A stretch of 64,000 nt of DNA from positions 344,844,001 to 344,908,000 of the forward strand of contig OZ024741.1 of NCBI GenBank assembly GCA_964016885.1. The letters run 5' to 3'. The DNA is from Eledone cirrhosa (Eukaryota). The translations under genes were made by a program, and so were the position numbers. Positions 55,496-64,000 of this stretch are shown here, in pieces. The notes beneath the pieces were generated by a model. The model did no database searches, was not told where the DNA came from, and worked only from the letters and a program-made list of their open reading frames with translations. How positions within the stretch are numbered: position 1 is the stretch's first letter; each line of letters starts with the position of its first letter.

Positions 55496-55579
55496 ATATA
55501 CATGTGTGTGTTTACATGCATTTATATGTATGTATTTACATACACACTTATATATATGCATATATATACACATACACAC

Positions 55580-55635
<56 letters not shown>

Positions 55636-56129
55636 ACACACATACATGTATATGCAATTATCCTAGCTTAAGTCAAATTCATCTAATTCATGCAATAGTC
55701 TAGAAAATGTTTGCACAATTATTTACATACATTTGCATATATTTGCATAGTTTTAATTCAAATAAGTGGACAATGTTAGCTTTGGTTCAAATCCGTTGCA
55801 CTTCATTGAACATTAGTAAATGTGTTTGCAAATGATGTTCATGGTTGATATAATACCTAGTTATAGTTGACTACTCTTGGCTTTGTTGTTGTTACTGTTC
55901 TTTTAGTTGTTATTGGTGTTGTTGTTGATGCTGCTTCTGTTATTTTGGGGAACAACTATGTGTGTGTATAAATAAACACATATATACACACACACACACA
56001 CACACATATATGTATATGTAATATATGTACACACATATACATGCATACACACGTTCACACACACATGTATATGTGTATGTATGTGTATATATACATATAT
56101 ATATATGTATATGTATATGTGTATGTATG

Positions 56130-56181
<52 letters not shown>

Positions 56182-56329
56182 TAGTTAGGAAAGCAGAAAA
56201 TTGCTTATTGTAATCCAGTTCGTGGTTAAGAAAGCGAGTTTCTTGGACGGTTTCCAACGTACGGTTAGGGGTAACTCCACAAGTTTGTAAGAATCTGGTT
56301 AGTAAATCCAGTTCAATCTTGGAGTATAA

Positions 56330-58876
56330 ACAATAAAAGAGAAAACACAGGTAAGCATTAAAAAAAAGGATTTTATCCAGGTATTTACGACCGTTTCATT
56401 GGTAAGCGCAACCTTATATCGCTATACTGCAAATAGTGGCCAATACGACGCAATATAGTCAAACACCTAGGAATAGAGGATAGAATGGAGCCACTTAGGC
56501 CATGTACCCCCAGATTTAACCTCAAGGACCACAAGGTAAATGTTGATTATAACCCCACAATTAGACTTATATGCCCGTCCAAATCAGACATTGGGAATAT
56601 TAGTTAACATATATTAGACAGAGTAATAGCACAAATGAAGAATAAACTAGTGATTAAACTATGGGGTAACACTACCGAAACAATTAAATGGTTTAACAGT
56701 ATAGCTAACAAAAAAGTTTCTAAGTTTATACAATTTGACATTAACAACTATTACTCCTCCATATTCCCCAATACCTTGGATAAAGCTTTAGCATTTGCCA
56801 AAGCCAATTCTGACCTGACAGACGACGAGATAAAAGTTATATTAGCTGCTAGGAAAACAATAATTAAATTTGAAAACGCCTATTGGGAACGTAAGGATAG
56901 ATTAGAAAACTTTGACATCACGATGGGAGCTAATGACTCGGCTCGGGTCACGGATTTAGTAGGTATTTACATAGCCCATAGTTTACATAAGGAATTTAGC
57001 GACCTTCACGGTGGAATCTAAAGAGACGACGCCCTTCTCCTAGTTAAGAACCTAAATAACCAGAGCATAGAAAGACTGCGTAAGAATATTAGAAAGACTA
57101 TCGGGAAACTGGGCCTAAGCATAACAAAATAGTTAACTTTCTAGACGTGACGCTTAACCTAAATAGGGGACTTATAAGACCTTTTCACAAGAATAATGAA
57201 AACTTAGCATACATCAACTGTAATTCGAACCACCCACTCTCCATAATTAAGTCCGTTCCACAAAGCATATCCCTTAGGATCTCCCGCCTCTCGTCTAGGC
57301 CACCTAGATAGAGTAGAATATATAGATGAAAGCCTCTGCAAAGCACACACGAATAGGCATAACACAAACTCCAGAAACACACGCACACACCCATTTACGC
57401 ATAGAACTACCAATTATACTGAAAATAGAAATACAACATCAAAATCAAACAGGTCACGCAGTAGAAAATATATTTGGTATAACCCTATATTTAACACCTC
57501 TATTGGTACCAACCTACCCTCTACCTTCTTTAGAATAATAAATAAGCACTTTCCAGATTCACATAGATACAGCAAAATCCTTAACACTAAATCTATCAGA
57601 CTATCTTACTCCACTGCACCAAACATAGAGGCACACATTAAGATGCTTAATGCTAAAAATATACGTAACAACACCAGAACACAAATTTATAACAATAACA
57701 ATACAATTACCATCGAACACAACAGAAGGCAAACAAAACGTAACACACTTGTACAGGCATCGCAGCCCACCAATAATGCTAAAGTTGCCCATGACAAGAA
57801 TTGTAATTGTCACCTACCTGAAACCTGTCCATTGCATAATGAATGTATGCAGTCTAAGCTGGTTTACCAATGTACGGTCGAATCAGACAACCAGAAGTGG
57901 TATTACATCGGAGCGACTGGGAATACATTTAAAGCTTGTTGGTATACACATCGTTACGCAATCAAACATTCCCAGTATCATTATGTAACTACCCTTGCGA
58001 ACAAGACCTGGCAACTGAGGGAAAGTAACCATCAATACACCCTGAAGTGGAAGAAATTATCGAATGCGCTACATATCGGTGTGGTATGAGAAGCTGTCGG
58101 TTATGTGACCTTGAACTGTTCCACATTTTGAGTTCGAAGAATAAGTTACTCAACGATAAAATTGAAAGATCAATTTATTGCAACCATAGACTTAAAGAAA
58201 AATGTTCGCACTACAAGTGCAAATCGAACCTTTACTCTCCTACTACTACCTGACAAACTTAGACTTTCTACCCTCTTATTGAATCTAACCCCTTTAATTA
58301 CACACAGTAACCAATACTTATGTCCCTCTCTCCTCCTTCATTCCTTTTTTCTTTTTTCGTTTTCTTCTTTTTTTCGTTTTCTTCTTTTTTCTCTCCCTTT
58401 TTTTTGTTCTCTTTTCTGTTCTTTTTTCTCTTCCCCCTTTTTTATATATATATTTATCTCTCTATCTCTCCCCCATCTCTCTCTCTCCCTTCTACTATAA
58501 ACAATTTAATTCTCTTTAACTCCCTACACTGTAAATTGACGACATCAAGTCTACGAATCAAAACTGATTGAGGAATCCTTCCATCTTTACCCCTCCCTCC
58601 ATCACTACTTGTCCCTCTACTTCCTAACTCTTCTCCCCCTTCCTCTCTCTCTATACTAGTAAATACGATTCCAAAAAAATGTTTTTTTTATATATTAAGA
58701 ACCTTTTACAAGTAACTTATTCATTATTTTGAAAATTTGGAGGTGAGTAACAGTTATTATCGAGTGGCTGCTATTTGCAGTATAGCGATATAAGGTTGCG
58801 CTTACCAATGAAACGGTCGTAAATACCTGGATAAAATCCTTTTTTTAATGCTTACCTGTGTTTTCTCTTTTATTGT
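56330..58876 (+). mobile_element. Penelope-like element, Naiad-type, decayed, bounded by ~112-bp inverted repeats
   Basis: RLICPSKSDIG, KWF, FIQFDINNYYSSI, FDITMG, GI*RDDAL, SNHP, CNCHLPETCPLHNEC, VYQC..YIGAT, CRLCDLE; stops and frameshifts; 56330-56442 is the reverse complement of 58765-58876. Confidence 0.9.
58725..58825 (+). ncRNA. Putative hammerhead, U3-A8 core variant, in the Naiad 3' pseudo-LTR
   Basis: TATT-TTGAAAA-tTTGG...CCAAt-GAAA-CGGTC-GTA|AATA; ACGGTCGT is self-complementary with G-U pairs. Confidence 0.5.
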
Positions 58877-58904
58877 ATATATATATATATACATGTATAT
58901 ATAT

Positions 58905-59308
58905 CATCATCATCATCATTTTACGTCCGCTTTTCCCTGCTTGCAAGGGTGGGATGGGTCTTATTCAGCACAGCATCTCTCCACTTGTCACGGTCCTTCT
59001 TCATCTCCACCGTGAGCTTCATCTCCACCGTGAGCTTCAGCGATCTGAGGTCTGTTCTCACCACCTCCGCCCATGTTTTTCGTAGTCTACCTCTACCACG
59101 TCTTCCTTCAACTGGCATTTCCTGGCACTTCTTCACCCATCGGTCATCCTCCATGTGCATCACATGTCCATACCACCTCAGTCTCCTCTCTCGCACACTA
59201 CATTCTATCCCTCTTAGACACAGTTTCTCTCTCAACACATTCATGCTGGGTCGTTCACGCACATTGACATTGCACATCCAACGGAGCATGCTTGCCTCAT
59301 TCTCTCCA
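58905..59308 (-). mobile_element. RTE 3' portion (third subfamily)
   Basis: MLRWMC..RERRLRWYGHV..RGRGRLRKTW; GAT tail; 5' end in (TA)n. Confidence 0.9.
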
Positions 59309-59313
59309 TAATA

Positions 59314-59379
<66 letters not shown>

Positions 59380-59638
59380 CAAGAAAAGCGAAGTGAACAA
59401 TGAGTTGCAATAACACAAAGTCTTATAAGTTTCACATATATAAATACAATGTACACACGCACGCATACATATGCTTATGTATATCAAACATGCACACACA
59501 CTCATCATCATCATCATCATCATCGTTTAACGTCCATTTAAATGATGATGATGATGATGATGTTGATAATGAGTGTGTGTGATATACAAGAGCATGTGTA
59601 TGTGTATATGTGAAACTTATATATATATGTATTTGTAG

Positions 59639-59820
59639 TATGAAAAGATTCAGGACCCTGACGGCTGAGCTCCAAGCGAGCTCAGATCTAGCTGTCGAAA
59701 TGGCCAGAGCTCAGCCGTCAGTGTCCTGAATTTTTTCATATTACCCACTCTACTACCCCAAGTATTGAGTACTCTGGTGGTTTATGGTCCACTTGGTATC
59801 TTACCACACCCTCTCTGATA
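59639..59820 (+). mobile_element. Fold-back PLE-like insert (arms 59639-59672 / 59707-59740 plus tail)
   Basis: TATGAAAAGATTCAGGACCCTGACGGCTGAGCTC / GAGCTCAGCCGTCAGTGTCCTGAATTTTTTCATA. Confidence 0.7.
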
Positions 59821-60487
59821 TATGTATATATATATATGTGCATTTTCTGTTTTAAAATGGCAAAAGTACTCAATATATACTCCTTCTTCTTTGCTCACTT
59901 ATTCCTGGGAGGGCCAGGAAGGCAGAGTTCTCAAGTATGCCTTCCAGTGTGTTCTGCAGATGTAACTGTCTCCAATTGATCCAGCTGGATCCCCGAGCTC
60001 ATAGGTGTTATCCAACTCTATTGTTTATGGTCTTCTCCTGGTCTCTTACCAGTTGGTTTTTCCTGTAAAATCTGTCCAGTGATTCTTTCCTAAGACATTC
60101 TAACCACATCTCTGTAATATTAGAGTTGTGATCTGTTAATTTGGGAAAGTAGTGGCTCTACCAGGTGCAACTCTTTTGCAGTAGTCTAAAGTAGAAACTT
60201 TAATTTTCAATATTATGCAGTCTTAGTTTTCTTTTTATCCTCTTCATGAATATTTGCTATTGCAGTTTCATGAGGTGCAAGACGATTAAAAAATGTTTTA
60301 ATTAGTTTTTTGTGGTATAGAGGAAAATTATACTTATGTGGTTTTGAAGCATCAAGTCAATATCTTTAGTCTCTGTGTATCATAAATTCTTGGATGTTAC
60401 TATGCACCTATGTTTGTGACTCTATTTCTATATATAATTGTGGCCAGTGTTAGTATGTATTTTGAACCATTATTTATTATTAAAAAG

Positions 60488-60680
60488 AGCAGTGGATTGG
60501 CAGTATCGGTAGAGGGTCGGACGCCATGCTTTGACGTATAGAGTTATGGCCCTTGCCATTCTGAGTTCAAATCCCGCCGAGGTTAACTTTTCCTTTCATC
60601 CTTACGGGGTCGATAAAATAAAGTACCAGTAATGCACTGGATAATTGCTGGCCTTGTGCCAAAAGTAGAAACAATTATTT
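60488..60680 (+). mobile_element. Nin/Deu-like SINE, full length (another at 62295-62483, -)
   Basis: Family A/B boxes and core. Confidence 0.88.
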
Positions 60681-60789
60681 ATTATTTAAAAAAAAAATGT
60701 TAATCTGATCAAATATGAGCATATAACAACAACTATAATACAACAACTGTAAAAGTATGAAAACCATTCATTTGCATCTGTAGTATTTA

Positions 60790-62100
60790 AATCAGGAACA
60801 TAGACAGAAGCTGGTAATTACTGACCAATATCACATTCACCAGTTTTCCCAGATTGTTAGAGAGACTCATGTGCTCTCATATTTACAACTTCTTTGAGAA
60901 AAATAATTATTTTTATTCTAAACGATTTGGTTTTCAAAAGAATTCCAGTGTAGACTATGGGCTGATAGAACTCATTAATGATATCACGACAGTTATGACA
61001 AATAAAGATGTTACACAGTGTTTTCATCAATTTCAGTAAAATTTTCAACACTGTTGATCATAGAATACTCACGAAAAAAGATTGAAAATTTTGAGGTTAC
61101 TGAGAAAGAACTATCATGGTTTGAAAGTCACTAAGGCAATAGATACCAGTTTGTGAAAATTGATGACTCTGAGTAGATGCCAATATCAGTGTTCCTCAAG
61201 GTTCAATATTAGGTCTCCTTCCTCTTTTCTTATATAGGTCAATGATATGCACCATGCAATCCACTTCTAAATGTTATCATGTTTGCTGATGATACAAATC
61301 TTTTCTTAGCTAGTAAAGACTACAGTACATTATTCAAAGAAATGAACAACCAATTATCACTCATAAATGACTGGTATTCAGCAAATAAACTTTCTCTGAA
61401 TGTAAAATTAAGTACACTCTATTCTATGTTCATCAGCTAATGACAAAGATATCTACCTTTACATCCTCAAAAAATTCATTTTGGCTCAAAAGGTCCAGAT
61501 ATACAAAATTTCTGAGAATCCTTATTGACAAAAATTTGAGTTGGAAATTGAATATTCTTGCAATAGAATCTAAACTATCCACACAAACTGGAATAATCTG
61601 TAGGGGACATAAGTTTTTGGACAACAAAACAATGAAAATATATGTTTCTTTTGTTAATCCATATTTGATATGCAGTAATCTAGCTTGGGGTAGTGTCAAG
61701 AAGACAAAATTAAGTAAATTTGATACTTTACAAAAGCGTGCCATCAGAATTATATCAAAACCTCCCAGAGGCTCCCACTGTCAGTCTTTAAGGCTTGATA
61801 ATAAAATACTAAACATTTATTAAATAAATCTGGTTGCTTACTTGAGACTAATGTTCAAAGTTCATCACAACTCTACACCGAAATGTGTTCAAGAGAAATT
61901 TATAAAGAATTTTCACAAATATCTGACGAAGTATTCTACGACAACATTCAAATATAATAGTTATACCATAAGAAAATTTTATAAATTCAGCTACCTCTAT
62001 TGTGGACCAATTGTCTGGAATCATTTTGTGTGCTAAGGTGCAACTCTTCCAGACTCAAAAGAGGTAAAAACTATATATTAAAAAGATGCTGTTTAGTAAT
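60790..62100 (+). mobile_element. Decayed CR1/L2-group (Crack/Daphne-like) LINE RT
   Basis: LLERLM, RFGFQKNSS, FNTVDH, VPQGSILG, MFADDTNL, NLAWG, LQKRAIRII, GPIVWN; many stops and frameshifts. Confidence 0.85.
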
Positions 62101-62794
62101 CAACAGACATGTTTGAAGTAAAACCTACCATTTTTTTGTAACATTAAAAAATATTTCAAAATTGTAAATGATACAAAAAAATGACTTTGCATAAAGTGGT
62201 CCTTTTACAGGCCGTCAAGAAAAAGATGATAGTTTTTTTTTTTTTACTATAATCCTTCTCAATGGCCTCACTAGCCTGATTACTGTATTCTAAATAATTG
62301 TTTCTACTTTAGGCACAAGGCCAGCAATTACCCAGTACATTACTGGTACTTTATTTTATCGACCCCGTAAGGATGAAAGGCAAAGTTAACCTCAGCGGGA
62401 TTTGAACTCACACCGTAAAGAGACGTAACTATGCTAGAAAGCATGGCGTCTAACCCTTTACCGATACTGCCAATTCACCGCCCTCTGTATTCTAAATAAT
62501 GAACCCCTTCATTCAATTCATAAGAACTTTTTATTTTATTCTTTGTGAATAGTGTATCCTATTTTTTTTTTATATTTTTATTCACCTTTTTTTATATTTT
62601 CATTTTATACATGGCTAGTGAAATAAATGATAAATGAAAAAACATCTAAATTGGCTTTAATGGAAAGTGAAGGAAAAAAAGTAGAATTATTTTTAAAAAT
62701 GAATTATTCAAATTTTTAATAAATTAATGAACAAATTAATTAAATGTTTCTACTAATGTATTGTATGTATTTTTTTTTTTTTTTTTTTTGACAG

Positions 62795-62924
62795 CAGGCT
62801 TCTGAGAGCCCCTCTCGTGCTCAACGCCGCACCAATTCCTTGACCCCTGGAGGTCGCAGTGGGTCTGTTGAAGACAGAAATACACTAGATTCTAAGCCTC
62901 ACGCAACAACTGCCAAAAGAAAAG
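62795..62924 (+). CDS. Candidate internal coding exon of the host gene ((Q)ASESPSRAQRRTNSLTPGGRSGSVEDRNTLDSKPHATTAKRK)
   Basis: ~T20-GACAG|CAG| acceptor, 130 nt open in phase 0, AAG|GTGAGG donor; unique, GC-richer sequence. Confidence 0.75.
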
Positions 62925-63189
62925 GTGAGGACGTTTCCCTTATTTGCTGTCCAAGAAATAAGTGTCAGTCTTTTGTGTGTGCATCTGTGTATAGGTGTGT
63001 CTGTGTGTGAGTGTGTTTGTGTATGGGTGTGTCTGTATGAGTGTGTGTGTTGGTGAGTGAAATTTTTATTTGAATATATATGTTTCCCATTCAATTATAT
63101 ATCCACTTCTCCAGCTAGTAGAATGCCTACTCCACTTACCCCATTGTCATTTCCTACAATATGTATATATCGTTATCCAACCATCTTAC

Positions 63190-63800
63190 TTGCGGTCAAC
63201 CCTTGGGTCTCCTGCAGGCTGGTTTTGCCCGTAAAATCTGTCCAGTGATTCTTTCCTAAGACACTCTAACCACATGCTCAGAGTATCAGAGTTGTGATCT
63301 CTCAATTCGGAGCAGTTGTGGCTCTACCTGAAGTGACTCTCTGATCTCGGAGCTACACACTCTATTGAGTAATGTTACTAAAAGTCCATTTAGAGGAACT
63401 ACATTTGGGCCACTTGTATTTGCAATCATATTCTTTTGGTCATTACTCAAGATTCATGACCATAGGTAAGGGTTGGCATGACTACCAAATTGAAGATAGC
63501 GAGTTTGACTTTTATACCTACCTCCATTCTGATTATCAACTCCTGAAGCTGGTGCTGTAATGCACCAGCTCCTGAAATTCTTGCATTTAATTCAGCCTCC
63601 TACCTTCCCTCATTCATGAACATGGCCGAGATACTTTGAACTTCTCCACCTGCTTCAGTGGAACTCCATTCAGATGTAGAGTGCACTGTGCAAGCTTTCT
63701 TGAGAGGACGAGTGTCTCAGTTTTTGCAACACTGATTTTCATTCCAGCCATGCAACATTCGGCATCAAACCTATCAAGTGCAAGTCAAGGATTACCCTTT
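63190..63800 (-). mobile_element. Decayed RTE-like LINE of a different family (fragments also 17770-17880, 59900-60180)
   Basis: Minus strand KLAIF..PTLTYGHES*VMT..IQVAQM motif; shared AAAATCTG.CCAGTGATTCTTTCCTAAGACA. Confidence 0.65.
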
Positions 63801-64000
63801 GTTGAAGTAATAGCTTGGCTGGTTTCACTTGGGGATCCAGCCAGATCAGTTGGAGATGTTTGTTTCTGACAAGATCTGCTGGAAGGAGTGTTTGAGGACT
63901 CTTCCCCCACAACCCTCTCAGGAATAAGTAGGAGAAGGTATATATATATCATAGGAAACATATAGATACTTTAGGTAGAAATTCTATACTATGTACACAA

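Overview
AT-rich, microsatellite-saturated animal genomic DNA, not prokaryotic. The repeat repertoire suggests an octopod cephalopod (inference): RTE LINEs with (GAT)n tails, Nin/Deu- and Meta-like tRNA SINEs, Naiad-type Penelope-like elements (PLEs) and long (TA)n tracts. No intact gene lies in the window. It is best read as large intron(s) of a plus-strand gene, of which two short phase-compatible exons are visible (24516-24599 and 62795-62924). Nearly all ORF-track entries are microsatellite or transposon artefacts. The most interesting signal is a dense set of short PLE-derived inserts in (TA)n tracts. They are built as fold-back palindromes (30-135 bp arms plus an unpaired tail) and carry type-I hammerhead ribozyme (HHR) motifs with palindromic helix III, including C3-G8, U3-G8 and covarying U3-A8 core variants. 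One is a 258-bp tRNA-promoter, partial-tandem, retrozyme-like unit. Two decayed Naiad-type RT/GIY-YIG elements nearby could represent the mobilising machinery. Also present are a ~68-copy 41-bp satellite, a tandem array of Tc1/mariner MITEs and closely spaced inverted RTE pairs. All structures were read by eye; no folding or database search was run.
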